Below, one piece after another: positions 19,050-29,658 of a stretch of 64,000 nt of DNA. Source of the DNA: an uncultured virus (IMG/VR IMGVR_UViG_3300048587_001148) (lineage: Duplodnaviria > Heunggongvirae > Uroviricota > Caudoviricetes); the IMG/VR virus record IMGVR_UViG_3300048587_001148; one strand, given 5' to 3'. Both the position numbers and the translations under genes were made by a program. Below the pieces are notes generated by a model, which worked only from the letters and a program-made list of their open reading frames with translations, had not been told where the DNA came from and made no database searches. How positions within the stretch are numbered: the first letter of the stretch is position 1; every line of letters starts with the position of its first letter.

Positions 19050-22000
19050 TCATGTTCTCACCTTCCGAGGGCGCACCGGCGCCTGTCCTTGGCGCGCCTG
19101 ATCGGGGGCAAGCAGGTCGATGCGTTGGCGGAGGCCGGCAGGGAATTCCTCCCGGCGCCGGATCATTTCCACGCGCAGACGTTCCTCGGTCGCCTCGTGT
19201 CGACTCGAGGCGTTGGCCGCAACCCAATTGTCCACCCAGGCCTCTGTCGACCGCGGGCTCTGGCGCGCGGCAGCGATGGGGAGCCAGCGCTCCTCGATCA
19301 ACATGGTCAGCAGGGCCTCAGTGGTTGACATGAGGCGCAGCCCAAACAGCGGTTCAGCGGCTGGTGCGTCCGTCGGTAGCTGTAACGTGGGGAACGCCGC
19401 GCTCCAGTCGCTGAGGGAGGCCAGGGTGCCCCCGTTGGCTTGTCCCCAGGCGAGCAGGTCCATGAGGTGTCTCACGAGATTTTCCCAGGCCGTTGTGGCG
19501 TCCGTTAGGCCATTGGAAGGATTCGGGCGTGCCGGCGCGTGGGCTGCAAGCCCAAGCGCCAGCAGGAGCGGCGCGTCTGCGCTTGACGTCTTTCGCCGGC
19601 GATCGGCCTTCTGCCGGGGGGAGCTCACCTCGGAGCCCCACATGGTTCGGCAGGCCACTCCGTTTGGGCCCCCTCCGACGATGAGGGCGACACTCCCTCC
19701 CGCGTACCCGTCGCCCTTGGCGCGCCTGTCTTGTTCCCCCACAACGCTGTCCAGGGGATAGCGCCCCTCTCGAGCAAACGCGGTGCATGCACGATACAGC
19801 GGTCCGTCTGCATCCAGCGCTTCCAAGCGCACGGCGGGATCTCCATTGGGCCCCAGCTGCGTGAGGATGAACCCTCGCAATGCTTGGCCAACCGCCCGGT
19901 CTTGGCTCGAGAGAGTCTCGCCGCCTCGTTTGATCTGTACCGTGCGATGCAGGTAGGCGATGAGCGTTTGGATGCTGTGCGTAGGTGATTCGAGGTGCTT
20001 CCTGAAGTTGAAGGCGTTTAGTAGGGACATCCTATCTCGCGTAGGATTGAAGCCTGTCCAGGTGAAGCTTGGGCCGTCCGGGTCGGTCGTCCGCCACTCG
20101 AGATTTGTCATCTCCCCTCGGGCGGTGCGCCCCACGTGTGCCCGCAGCTGTTCAAGCGCGCCAGGGTCCTCATCCTGCATTGCCAGCATCACGCTCCGGA
20201 GGGTCGAAAGGCGCTGGTGTTGTCCCGCGCTTGCGACATCTTCCGGCACCACGGGGACGATGATCCTCGCGCGGCGTCGTTCACCACTGGCGCGTTCTGT
20301 TGCGCTGAGTCGCAGGGTACGCCCTACAAGCTGGACGATGTCGTCGTGGCCGTGTCGTGGGGCCAGGATGATGAGGGTGTTGAGTTCCGGGGCATTGAAT
20401 CCCTCGCTGACCGCACGCACTCCGATCAGCACGCCGCCCTGTGGCGCGAGCTGCACCTCGTCTTTTGCGCGTTCGCGCTCGCGTGGGCTCATGCGGCCCG
20501 TGTAGGCGTGAACCACTGGGCGCACGTCTGCCGCCAGGAGCGCAGCGCGGAGCTCTTCGGCTTCTGTCACTCGGTTGACTGTCACGAGGATTCGCGGGGG
20601 TCCCCCGACACTTTCGCGGATGGCACGTTCCACGATGATCGCTCGGGAGCGCGCCACGAGCTGCCCTGCGCTCTCTTGGAGGGTCGTCGGCGCACTGACG
20701 GCCGTCTCGATGAGACTACCAACACGTGCCGCCGCGGTGGGATCTGGATCGACAGAGACGACCTCAATGTCGTATCCTCTCACGAGCCCCTCGGTGCGCG
20801 CCTCACGATAACTGAGCCCAGCAACCACCTCCGCCTTGGCAGCTGTCCCTACGATGCCGTCCGCGAGTCGGGCGGGGGTTCCTGTCAGGAGGAGGCGATG
20901 CGTCGCTGGCACCGACATGACACCTGGCCCCCATCGCGCCTGGTCCCTGTTCTTCCGAAGCACATGCTTGCCCAGGTGGTGTCCCTCGTCGCCAATGAAG
21001 AGATCTGCGGGGCGCTGGGCCAGCGCGGCCTGTATCTTTTGCTGATTGAAGGTGAGCCAGCTGTACGTGGTCGAGAGGACACTCGGGGTGTCTGCAGCCC
21101 ACCACTCCTCGAGCGTCTCTGGTGTGATGGGGCACACCACGACGCGGGGTCCGGCCATGTCCTGTAGGCGCGCCAGGATGCGTGGCGACGTCTCCGTGAC
21201 TCCGAGCCGAACGATTTCTCCGTCTCGCCAGTTCACCAGCATCTCTACCGCCTGCTGGCCGTAGACAATGTCGCGATGTGGCGCGGCAAACACCACACGA
21301 CGGGCCTCCAGTGTCCGGGCAGTGTGGCCGGCACACATCGTCTTCCCGGCTCCCACGGAGGCCGCCATGACCCCCACCTCGACGTTGGCCAGTCCTCGCG
21401 CTGTCGAGGCGATGAGCGTTGCCTGGGCGGGCGCCGGCGCGGCGGCGCTCATGCGTATCGGGATATGATTTTGCCAGGCACTCCAGAACGCCGGCGTCCA
21501 GAGGCCGGCAAACTCCTCGGCCTCGAGGAGCCCGCGTATGGGGATCCTGCGCTCGCTGGGGAGCAACGCATTGCCTGCTACGACGACCTCATTAGTCGTG
21601 GCCCCCCAGAGCCCGACCAATGCTGCCGGCGCGCGTCGGGCGGATCCCACGTGAATGGCGTTCACGAGGCCTTGGAGATGCTCGCCGCCGAGCCGGGCAG
21701 GCTGCAGTGTTGCCAGTCCGTCGCTCTTGACCTGGATCCGCACCCATTCCGTGCTTTTCCCTCTGGGGACTTCAACCGCCAGGTCGATCCCGTAGCCTGC
21801 GAGTGCATGCCGTACGTTGGGGAGCAAGCCTTCTTGGATCATGGCGCCCGCATCCTCGGGTTCCTGGAGGATACGCCGGGCGCCGGCGAGGTCGATGTGG
21901 CCAATGCGCCGCACGAATCCGAGGGCAATCCCTGCGCGCACCATATCCTCTACGAGTCGCGGTGCGTTGCGCTGGTCTTCCATGCGAATATCTCCGGCCT

Positions 22001-22124
22001 GGAGCCCGTGCAGACGATTGAGCACGTGCGTCCTGATGGCATCCGGACCGCCGCGAACGACTGCGCGCGTCGGGAGAAGCACCTTCGGAAATGGAGCGCA
22101 GAGCGGTGTGTCTTCGGGGGGCAT
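19050..22124 (-). CDS. SF2 DEAD/DEAH-like helicase (Res-subunit-like) with unknown N- and C-terminal domains
   Basis: ASVGAGKT, FIGDEGHH, LTGTP, VSEGFNAP and QLVGRTLR motifs; TATTGT lies 5 nt before ATG 22124. Confidence 0.88.
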   Translation of the reverse strand: MPPEDTPLCAPFPKVLLPTRAVVRGGPDAIRTHVLNRLHGLQAGDIRMEDQRNAPRLVEDMVRAGIALGFVRRIGHIDLAGARRILQEPEDAGAMIQEGLLPNVRHALAGYGIDLAVEVPRGKSTEWVRIQVKSDGLATLQPARLGGEHLQGLVNAIHVGSARRAPAALVGLWGATTNEVVVAGNALLPSERRIPIRGLLEAEEFAGLWTPAFWSAWQNHIPIRMSAAAPAPAQATLIASTARGLANVEVGVMAASVGAGKTMCAGHTARTLEARRVVFAAPHRDIVYGQQAVEMLVNWRDGEIVRLGVTETSPRILARLQDMAGPRVVVCPITPETLEEWWAADTPSVLSTTYSWLTFNQQKIQAALAQRPADLFIGDEGHHLGKHVLRKNRDQARWGPGVMSVPATHRLLLTGTPARLADGIVGTAAKAEVVAGLSYREARTEGLVRGYDIEVVSVDPDPTAAARVGSLIETAVSAPTTLQESAGQLVARSRAIIVERAIRESVGGPPRILVTVNRVTEAEELRAALLAADVRPVVHAYTGRMSPRERERAKDEVQLAPQGGVLIGVRAVSEGFNAPELNTLIILAPRHGHDDIVQLVGRTLRLSATERASGERRRARIIVPVVPEDVASAGQHQRLSTLRSVMLAMQDEDPGALEQLRAHVGRTARGEMTNLEWRTTDPDGPSFTWTGFNPTRDRMSLLNAFNFRKHLESPTHSIQTLIAYLHRTVQIKRGGETLSSQDRAVGQALRGFILTQLGPNGDPAVRLEALDADGPLYRACTAFAREGRYPLDSVVGEQDRRAKGDGYAGGSVALIVGGGPNGVACRTMWGSEVSSPRQKADRRRKTSSADAPLLLALGLAAHAPARPNPSNGLTDATTAWENLVRHLMDLLAWGQANGGTLASLSDWSAAFPTLQLPTDAPAAEPLFGLRLMSTTEALLTMLIEERWLPIAAARQSPRSTEAWVDNWVAANASSRHEATEERLRVEMIRRREEFPAGLRQRIDLLAPDQARQGQAPVRPRKVRT

Positions 22125-22259
22125 CCGCGACAATACACGCTCGGGGTGGCCATGCGGATGTACTTGACATGGGAGGGTGCGTTCTTGAGTCTTGCGGGGG
22201 TCTTCACACCGCCTCTGACACCGATCTACGATCGGGGACCTTCATCCCATGGTCCCACC

Positions 22260-22757
22260 ATGTCCCTCGTTCCTCCCCGACTTGATCTCCGTCCCGCCGA
22301 TGGCCGGCCTGGGTACTACGTGCATGTCGAAACAACCTCGCAGCCCGAGTTGGTGGTGCTCCCACGTTACCGCTCACAGCGGGACGGTATCTTGCGGATT
22401 GGTGTGGTCTTTGGTGACCGCCTGCTTGCCCACTTCCCGATGGATGGCGTGGAGTATGCTCGGTTGGTTGAGGGAGGATGGCATGAGCAGCCTGTCCGGC
22501 TGGTCTTGCATGTGGTGGATGGGGAGACGCGCTACCTGACCGCGTCGTGGTATCTGATCGGGTCCGTGCGGACGGCACCAGATGGCGCGCACGGGCTGGA
22601 GGGGTGGAGGACACAGAGCCTTCGCTTGCCCGAGGTCTGTCGTCTGGTGGATGAGACGGTGCTACAGCGCCCGCCGCTGCTCTACCAGGAAATTCTCACC
22701 TTCGCCATGCAGCTCCTTCTGGGGTTGTCGCGCCTCGAGGATTCACCCGCCGGTTGA
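22260..22757 (+). CDS. Hypothetical protein
   Basis: The C-terminal part of the track ORF 21276..22757 has natural composition from MSLVPPRLDL. Confidence 0.65.
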   Translation: MSLVPPRLDLRPADGRPGYYVHVETTSQPELVVLPRYRSQRDGILRIGVVFGDRLLAHFPMDGVEYARLVEGGWHEQPVRLVLHVVDGETRYLTASWYLIGSVRTAPDGAHGLEGWRTQSLRLPEVCRLVDETVLQRPPLLYQEILTFAMQLLLGLSRLEDSPAG

Positions 22758-22824
22758 GCGTCGCGTTGTGCCTGAGCCTGGGGGAGCGCCCATGCTGCGG
22801 TGATGATTATTCGGCGACCTCCTG

Positions 22825-23607
22825 ATGCGTAGGACGCTGCTACGCACGGGCTGGCGTGTGGCACGTCGCAGTGCCTTGATCTGTGTCGCGCTTGCCGCCG
22901 CGTGGTCCTACGCGAATCCTCCCTACTACGTCCACTCGTCTACTCGGGCTGAGGGTGATCTGAACTGGCGTACTTTATGGCGCCAGACTCCGCCTGGGGC
23001 AACGCGCGAGCGGCTCGCCCTCCTTGCGCGACATCCCTCCTTGGAGCGTGCGGTCGATTGGTTCGCGATGGATCGCGTGGCCTTGTCGGTGATGCCGTCG
23101 GTCGGGGTCGCCTTGCCTGGCCTGCCGCTGCCGGTTGGGGTGTATGTCCCTGTTGTGGGACGTATTTTTATCTCCGACACCTTGATCCGGCAATCGGATC
23201 CTGCTGTGGTAGAGGCAGTTCTCCTCCACGAGCTGGTCCATGTGATGGAGGCCCGGAACCTGACGCGACTGCGCCAAGCATGGCACCAGGAGAATCCTGC
23301 GCCGATTGCGGATCCGCGCCGTTACGGGTACCGTGCCCCTGTTGAACATCGTGCGGAAGCTGGTCGGGCGGCCTTGCGGGCCCTTCTTGCTATTGAGCGT
23401 GGGGCACCGCCGCATACCGTGTCGACCGACCTGCATCGGCAGGAGGAGACGCTCCCCGGCACCTTGTTGTTTTATCGCTGGTTGTCGTGTCGTCTTGACG
23501 GGGTCGCGTGTGCACCGTGGGCGTCTCCCGGTGAGCGGTGGGCTCGCTGGGGCACCGGTTTGCTGGAGCTACACGCCTTGGCGTTGCGCTGGCCGCCCGC
23601 GCGGTAG
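22825..23607 (+). CDS. Membrane/secreted HExxH zinc metallopeptidase-like protein
   Basis: N-terminal hydrophobic segment; GRIFIS...AVLLHELVH...EHRAE. Confidence 0.65.
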   Translation: MRRTLLRTGWRVARRSALICVALAAAWSYANPPYYVHSSTRAEGDLNWRTLWRQTPPGATRERLALLARHPSLERAVDWFAMDRVALSVMPSVGVALPGLPLPVGVYVPVVGRIFISDTLIRQSDPAVVEAVLLHELVHVMEARNLTRLRQAWHQENPAPIADPRRYGYRAPVEHRAEAGRAALRALLAIERGAPPHTVSTDLHRQEETLPGTLLFYRWLSCRLDGVACAPWASPGERWARWGTGLLELHALALRWPPAR

Positions 23608-23916
23608 GTGCGTTCTCGGGCTGGTATCCAGCCAGTGATGCCATGTGCCAATCAGCCAGGCGATCGCGACCGTCAATGCCACCAGCGCCACGCCACGTCC
23701 TGCGATACCGAGGGCTTCCCCGGGGGTGCTCAGGGCCAGGGCGAGCTCACCCAGAAGTGCTGGGGTGATGGTGCACTCGCCGCGGCACACATACTCCGCA
23801 ACGGCCACCATGCCGAGCACCACGGTCACGGCTCCCAGTCCGTGGAGAATTCGGCGCAGGTGTGCGCCCTGCTGATTGCTCTGGTCGGTGAACTGCCTGG
23901 GGCGGTAGCTCGTCAT
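23569..23916 (-). CDS. Small membrane protein
   Basis: Two to three hydrophobic segments; TATGAT upstream. Confidence 0.55.
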   Translation of the reverse strand: MTSYRPRQFTDQSNQQGAHLRRILHGLGAVTVVLGMVAVAEYVCRGECTITPALLGELALALSTPGEALGIAGRGVALVALTVAIAWLIGTWHHWLDTSPRTHLPRGRPAQRQGV

Positions 23917-24074
23917 GGGCCGTCATGTGGTGGGAGATTCGATCATACTCCAATGATGGGGCTCCTCCCTAGGGGCCGGCGGTTGTGTGGGTTGGCCTGC
24001 GCCCGCCTTCCCCCCTTCCTGGGGCGGGGTGGCGTCGTCCATCTCTTGAGATCACCGCCAGGGGGTCAGCCGGT

Positions 24075-25130
24075 ATGCATCATGGATTAGGTTCGCCCAC
24101 GAGCGCTCGCGACGCACTGCGGCCGATCGTCAGCGTGTTGGTGCCCGCGCGCGATGAGGCGGACGTGCTCCCACACTTCCTGTTGGCGTGCTCTCTGGAC
24201 TTGCCGGAGCTGGGGGTTCCGTTTGAGGTGGTGGTGGTCGACGACGGTTCAGTCGACGGGACCCATCGCGTGTTGACCGACGCCATGGCTGTCTACCCCT
24301 GGCTCCGCCTCGAGCGTCATGCTGTTGGCGCCGGTATCGCGGCGGCCCTGGTGACCGCAGGCCGTGTTGCGCGAGGGTCGGTCGCGGTCTTCTATCCCGC
24401 AGATCTGCAGTATCACCCTCGGGATGTCGCTCGCTTGGTCGCGCCGATTCTTGCGGGGTCCGCCGATCTTGTGACGGGCACTCGTCAGGGCGCGTATGAC
24501 AGGGCTCTGGTCTCGCGTGTCTACAACCAGCTGTGCCGGTGGCTCTTCGCTGTCCCCGCCGCGGACCTCAACGGTGTCAAGGCGTACAGGGTGGAGTTGA
24601 TGCGTGGTATTCCGTTGCGGCGGGATTGGCACCGTTTCATGGTGGTGCTGGCGGCTGCTCGGGGGGCGCGCATCACCAGTGTCGACATTCCGTTGTCGGC
24701 CAGACAGTGGGGGCGCTCAAAATTTACCTGGCGACGTATTCCCGTCGGCTTCTTCGACCTCTTGGCCGTGTGGTTCCAATTGCGGGCTGCCGCGAAGCCG
24801 ATGCTGTTCTTTGGCTTCCCCGCGGCACTCATGCTTGGCGTTGGTGGTGCGGGAGGTGCCCTCGCGCTCTGGCTGCGACTCGTGGGGCGCGCGGACGTGG
24901 TCTTGTTGGTGAGCCTGGTGCAGGTCCTGTTGTTGGGTGGCTTGCTGCTGTTTGGTTTCGGTTTCCTGGGGGAGCTCTTGGTGGCGGCCAGTGATTCTGG
25001 AGCGACGCACACCTCGCGTGTGCCTCCCTGCGGGGCGGACCCAGATCCGGTCGCTGATGACCTCGCGCGGGAAACGGCGGCGCTTCTGACGGCTGCCGGA
25101 ATATCCGCGGGGGACACCCCGGTCGCCTGA
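24075..25130 (+). CDS. Glycosyltransferase family 2 (DPM1/ArnC-like) with two C-terminal TM helices
   Basis: VSVLVPARDE, EVVVVDDGSVDGT, PADLQY, DLVTGTR and R..GRSKF motifs. Confidence 0.9.
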   Translation: MHHGLGSPTSARDALRPIVSVLVPARDEADVLPHFLLACSLDLPELGVPFEVVVVDDGSVDGTHRVLTDAMAVYPWLRLERHAVGAGIAAALVTAGRVARGSVAVFYPADLQYHPRDVARLVAPILAGSADLVTGTRQGAYDRALVSRVYNQLCRWLFAVPAADLNGVKAYRVELMRGIPLRRDWHRFMVVLAAARGARITSVDIPLSARQWGRSKFTWRRIPVGFFDLLAVWFQLRAAAKPMLFFGFPAALMLGVGGAGGALALWLRLVGRADVVLLVSLVQVLLLGGLLLFGFGFLGELLVAASDSGATHTSRVPPCGADPDPVADDLARETAALLTAAGISAGDTPVA

Positions 25131-25252
25131 CCGGAGCCGATGAGGCTATGGGTCTGGGGCATGAGGTGGGTATGGTGGAACATCATTCCCCTTGGGGTCC
25201 CTATGCTCCCCTCACGTGGTGCACTCCCTGTTCTTCACCAGACATCGCTCCG

Positions 25253-25495
25253 ATGATTCCTGACCCGCTCACGTCGCCGCCACCGAGTCTCCCATCCTTG
25301 GAGGATCGCGTGGCGGCCCTCACCCCTGCAGAGCGCCTCCGTGAGGCTCTTGTCGCTATCGGTTCGCATCACACCTGCTCGCCTGGCTGTCTTCCATGTG
25401 CGTGCCTTGACACGTTCCAGCGGCGTCGGCGCGCTGAGAGTTCGCCGGCCACCCGCCGTCGAGTACCCCGCGGGGGACCAAGTCGCAGGCCGTAG
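25253..25495 (+). CDS. Small Cys/His-rich hypothetical protein
   Basis: HHTCSPGCLPCAC cluster; short ORF. Confidence 0.4.
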   Translation: MIPDPLTSPPPSLPSLEDRVAALTPAERLREALVAIGSHHTCSPGCLPCACLDTFQRRRRAESSPATRRRVPRGGPSRRP

Positions 25496-25652
25496 GGACA
25501 CACACTGTCGGTCTCGGCATTCCTGCTCGGGCGACGTCAAACCAGCTGGTGTTTTCGCTTTGATGGGTCCTGGGCTATGCGTTCAGGCCGCTGCTTGTTA
25601 TGCCGCCAGTCTCCGCGCCATATATCCATGATAACGATGACATGGAGGGGGT

Positions 25653-25916
25653 ATGGCGCAGTCGAGAGGCCGTTCGTTCCGTCGCCACCAACGGGATCGC
25701 ATCAAGGCGCGTGTTCGCGCTGAAGAGAAGGCGCATTATGGTGCCCGCGCACAACTGACTCCGCGAAGTGTTGGCCTGCGCGCTCGTACCCGAACCCTGT
25801 GCTCGTGTGGGATGTGTTCTCCGTCACGCCGCGTAGAGGGACCGAGAATCCAGGAGCTTCGGCAGATGGAGCCACCGATGTTCGATTATGCGACCGAAGA
25901 TCGCGTGGCGGACTAG
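25653..25916 (+). CDS. Small basic CxCxxC protein of a type common in phages
   Basis: RSFRRHQRDRIK...CSCGMC..RR...QELR pattern; strong RBS GGAGGGGG. Confidence 0.7.
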   Translation: MAQSRGRSFRRHQRDRIKARVRAEEKAHYGARAQLTPRSVGLRARTRTLCSCGMCSPSRRVEGPRIQELRQMEPPMFDYATEDRVAD

Positions 25917-26269
25917 TCCCCGCTTGCTTCCTGGCTGATGATCCCACGCCGCTCCATGGGCGTGGGAGTTTTTATTCCCCCGCGAGACCTGAACAGTGTG
26001 GTGGCGAGCGACGCCTCGGTGCTGCGCCATGTATTGCCTTCGCTGTCCGTCCATTCGTACCACCGCGTGGGGCGGGGCGGGCGTGGCCAGACAATGCCAG
26101 CCCGTTGCAATGTCGCGAGGCGGAGGGCAGTGTTGCCCGCCTCGAGTGTGGGCAGGGTGTATGCCGTGAGCGGTGTCCCGGCGTCGCGCGACCATCGCGC
26201 CATGACTTCGCGCGTGGTGCCGGCGTAGAGGATCCCTGAACGTGGGTCGACGGCGACGAGGCAATTCAT
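25913..26269 (-). CDS. Hypothetical protein
   Basis: MNCLVAVDPRSGILYAG..., filling the gap between neighbours. Confidence 0.5.
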   Translation of the reverse strand: MNCLVAVDPRSGILYAGTTREVMARWSRDAGTPLTAYTLPTLEAGNTALRLATLQRAGIVWPRPPRPTRWYEWTDSEGNTWRSTEASLATTLFRSRGGIKTPTPMERRGIISQEASGD

Positions 26270-26338
26270 GCGCCGACAGTAGTCGACGCGTAGATCCCGA
26301 ATGAAGCCCTTCCATCCTCCCGGGCGTCCGGCGCTACA

Positions 26339-27442
26339 GTGCCCGATCACCGTGGAGGATGCATGCTCGCCACTGCCGGCCTGTTTGTTGTGCTTGCCTC
26401 TGCTGCGGGCGTCGGTGACACTCTCGTCCCGCCCGTCGCCCTCCACCGCGCCGCGAGTCTCGCACGATGGTTCCGGTACCCCCCGCACGACACTCTCGCG
26501 CACCTCCAGCGCGCCTGGCCGGCGCCAGAACTTCGCCGTCTCCGGGAGACGGGGCTCACGGCCATTCGATTGGCGATTCACCCAGAGCTGGTCTATGACG
26601 GGCAGGGTGGCCTCCGGCATACCTTCTTGCCAGCGCTCGACAGCGCCCTGCATCGCCTCCGCGCGGCTGACTTTCTGGTGGTCGTGGACTTCCACAACGA
26701 GTACGGCGCACGCCTGGAAACACCTGGTCCCTGGCGTGACGGTCTCCCAGCATTCTGGCAGGCTTTCGCGGCCCACCTTGCGGCGCGCTATGGGCCTGAG
26801 GATGTCGTGCTGGAGCTGATGAACGAACCGCTGTTTGCGGGTCGTCCCCAGGATTGGTTCGTGATGCAGGACTCCCTCGTCGCAGCGGTCCGTGCCGTCG
26901 CGCCGGAGCATTGGTTGCTCTTGAGCGGTCCCAGCTGGGGGAGCCATTGGGGGTTGGAGCACGCCCCGCCGATGCGGGACCACCGCAGTATCGTTGGGGT
27001 GCACTTCTATGAGCCTGCCGTCTTTACCCACCAAGGCGCGACGTGGACCCAGCAGCGATGGTTGGAGGACGCTCGCGATATCCCGTTTCCGTGGGATGGT
27101 TCAACATGTCGCGCGTGGGTTGGGTCTGCAGCCCCCACCTGGGCGTGTGACCGAGTGAGTGTGTCCGGCTGGTCGGAGCACTGGGGGTATATCCGCCGGG
27201 CTGGCCAGCGCCTACAGCGTCCGCTCTGGATCGGGGAATTCGGTGTGCATTGTTCGGCGCCGGCAGCCGACCGTCATCGCTGGCTTGCGAAGGTGCTTCG
27301 CTCGAGTGAGGCGACGCCTGGTGTGATCGGCACCAGCGTATGGGCCATCGACGAGTGCTTCGGCCTGGACTGGCCGAGCGGGGACCCGGGGGCATGGTCC
27401 GCCCTACGACTCCGCCCCCCGGGTGTCGCACGCACTCCTTAG
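26339..27442 (+). CDS. Glycoside hydrolase family 5 (cellulase-like), secreted
   Basis: AIRLAI, VVVDFH, ELMNEP (acid/base), VHFYEP..FTHQG and WIGEFG (nucleophile). Confidence 0.9.
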   Translation: MPDHRGGCMLATAGLFVVLASAAGVGDTLVPPVALHRAASLARWFRYPPHDTLAHLQRAWPAPELRRLRETGLTAIRLAIHPELVYDGQGGLRHTFLPALDSALHRLRAADFLVVVDFHNEYGARLETPGPWRDGLPAFWQAFAAHLAARYGPEDVVLELMNEPLFAGRPQDWFVMQDSLVAAVRAVAPEHWLLLSGPSWGSHWGLEHAPPMRDHRSIVGVHFYEPAVFTHQGATWTQQRWLEDARDIPFPWDGSTCRAWVGSAAPTWACDRVSVSGWSEHWGYIRRAGQRLQRPLWIGEFGVHCSAPAADRHRWLAKVLRSSEATPGVIGTSVWAIDECFGLDWPSGDPGAWSALRLRPPGVARTP

Positions 27443-28224
27443 GCGGTCGGTGGCCTCTTGACGCCGAATCGCCGTTCCATAATTCCCGCCACGGACTTCA
27501 GCAGTTCTTCAGTCAGCGCCTCGCTGGCTCCTTCGCCAACGGTGAGAAGTGGCATGGTGTTGCTCATGGCGTCGCGGAGCACGGTGGTGTGCTCCTCCGG
27601 CAGAATGCGCGCGATGCTCTCGAGGTCTTCTCGGAGTGACTTAGCCACATCAACGGCATGCAGGCGCTGGAGCACCATGTTCGCTTTGAGCTGGGCCGGC
27701 AGGAGCGGGTTGTCTTCCAATTCCTCCGCTTGGAGGAGGGCGCCGAGTGTCCGCGCCCCTTCCGGTAGGGCGGCGGCGATCTCCGTGAGGAACGGGGCGA
27801 GTGTCTGTCCGAGCACCTCGGTGTAGGGTGGCGTCGGGGCGGCCACATCGAGGATCTCCAGGAGGTCATTGGCATCCAGTCCGGCGAACGTGGGGTTCGC
27901 TTCTAGGCGCCGCGCCTCCCAGTTCAAGATGAACGCGCCGTCTTCCGGATCCTGGCCCGGGTCAGGCCAGCGCTTCAGCATCCATGCGGCAGCCGTTCCG
28001 CTGATGTAGACGGGGCGCGCCACGCCATCCATCTGGATGTAGGTGCTCAGGTCGGCTGCCTCGTCCTCGAGGTGAGCCAGTGCGGCCTGTTCTGGGGTAG
28101 GACGGAGCGCAATGGCGCCCGGGCGACACGCCACCTCGGGGTTGGTGGCGGCCACCTGTGTCAGGACTTCCCTTAGTTCCTCAAGGGTCGTTGCGGGGGT
28201 CAGTCTGCTCTTGCCAATCGACAT
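27439..28224 (-). CDS. Hypothetical protein
   Basis: Helical acidic ORF with TTGGGC-N18-TATGGT and GGAG upstream. Confidence 0.7.
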   Translation of the reverse strand: MSIGKSRLTPATTLEELREVLTQVAATNPEVACRPGAIALRPTPEQAALAHLEDEAADLSTYIQMDGVARPVYISGTAAAWMLKRWPDPGQDPEDGAFILNWEARRLEANPTFAGLDANDLLEILDVAAPTPPYTEVLGQTLAPFLTEIAAALPEGARTLGALLQAEELEDNPLLPAQLKANMVLQRLHAVDVAKSLREDLESIARILPEEHTTVLRDAMSNTMPLLTVGEGASEALTEELLKSVAGIMERRFGVKRPPTA

Positions 28225-28440
28225 GGGATCTCCGGGATAAGCCTCACCATACTTGCCGTCGTGATCGCTGCCCAAGCTGCTTCGGGGGTGATGCCTTTTA
28301 TCGCGCCCCGCGGGCGATCGCGTCGGCTTCGTGCGCGATCATCACGGCCCGCGTATGGGGGAAATCGGAGCGCCGAGACCGCTCATGCGATCCCGGCGCT
28401 CTTGAGGGTGCTTCCCCTTATCGTTCCAGCGCGCATCCGC

Positions 28441-29211
28441 CTACAGACGACACTCTTCCACGCGGAGGATTTCCCACTCCGGCGTCCGGAGGTTTCCAAT
28501 GACCTGCGTGACCTGGGCGGTGATCTGGGTCTTCGCTCCCACGCGCACTTCACCGTTGATGAGTGCGTCATGGAACGTGCGATCTCGCAGGTGCATCGGG
28601 ATCTCCTCGTGCTCGATCTCGAGCGTGAGTGGAATGTCGCCTGTCAGTGGGTTGAAGTTGCAGCTGACGAGTCGCCCCGTCACGCGCGTCCACGGATCCG
28701 GGGTGCTCAGGACAGGCACGCTGTCCGGCTTGACGGGGTGGATGTAGATCGCCCGGAGGTCACCCGTGAGCATGATTCGCCGCAGGGCATGCAGGAAGGG
28801 GATGCCGTTCAGAATTTTGTGTGCCAGGTGGGTGTTCAGACCAAATGTTGTCCCGTCCTGCGCCACCAGGTCGAGCCCCTTCCCGCCGCGACGCGCGGTC
28901 GACTCGCGCAGTGGATGCCTGAGGTGGGCTCCGATCGCGGTCAGCGCCACGCCCAGGCGGTCGAGGTCGCCTTGGTTGACGTGGTGCAGCTCGAGCCCCA
29001 TCACGACCCGTGTCGGGCTCTCCGGCATCAGCTCGATGCTCTGCTGCGAGCGGACTGAGAGTTCCTCGTCACTCACCAGGTGTTGGATCAGTCGGGCGAC
29101 AGGGAGCACGGCGCTGAGGCGCGCGTCGGCGTAGTGGGGGATGTTGGGGTCGATGGGGGCAAGATCCATCGCAACCCAAACGGGGGTTCCGCGGCGGCGA
29201 AAGAAGTTCAT
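28441..29211 (-). CDS. Hypothetical protein
   Basis: Starts MNFFRRRG with an ATGA overlap to the upstream gene. Confidence 0.7.
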   Translation of the reverse strand: MNFFRRRGTPVWVAMDLAPIDPNIPHYADARLSAVLPVARLIQHLVSDEELSVRSQQSIELMPESPTRVVMGLELHHVNQGDLDRLGVALTAIGAHLRHPLRESTARRGGKGLDLVAQDGTTFGLNTHLAHKILNGIPFLHALRRIMLTGDLRAIYIHPVKPDSVPVLSTPDPWTRVTGRLVSCNFNPLTGDIPLTLEIEHEEIPMHLRDRTFHDALINGEVRVGAKTQITAQVTQVIGNLRTPEWEILRVEECRL

Positions 29212-29531
29212 GTCTCTGTGGGGGAGGGGGAAAGGAGGGAAGTGAGGTTGCTGAGGCGCTCGGCCCGAAGGACCGGTGTGACAGCGCCGAGTTTGATGCC
29301 GGGGCTGCGCTCGATCAAGTTTCGAAGCACCGTGCGGTCCGCTTCCGAGAACTCGGCTTCCACCTCTCGGGTGACCACGCAGCAACCGTCGGTATCGTCG
29401 ATGGTGCCGGTGAGTTGGAAGCCCTCACTGCGGCACGCGTCGACCAGCGCTACCAGGGGGTCGAAGGGGGTCGTCGGGGAAGGGGGTTGGTGGAACCTGA
29501 GCAGTACCAGGCAGCCGGATGGCGCGGGCAT
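29208..29531 (-). CDS. Hypothetical protein
   Basis: Coupled to the 28441..29211 gene; start uncertain. Confidence 0.55.
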   Translation of the reverse strand: MPAPSGCLVLLRFHQPPSPTTPFDPLVALVDACRSEGFQLTGTIDDTDGCCVVTREVEAEFSEADRTVLRNLIERSPGIKLGAVTPVLRAERLSNLTSLLSPSPTET

Positions 29532-29658
29532 GGCGAATCCAAGGAGGGGATGGTACAGATATGGAGGAGCCGTGCGGACTTCGTGAACTCGCCCTGCGAG
29601 CGGCGCCATGCGGTGCACCACTCGCGTTCCACATCGTGGGCTGGCTGGCGCCGGCAGG

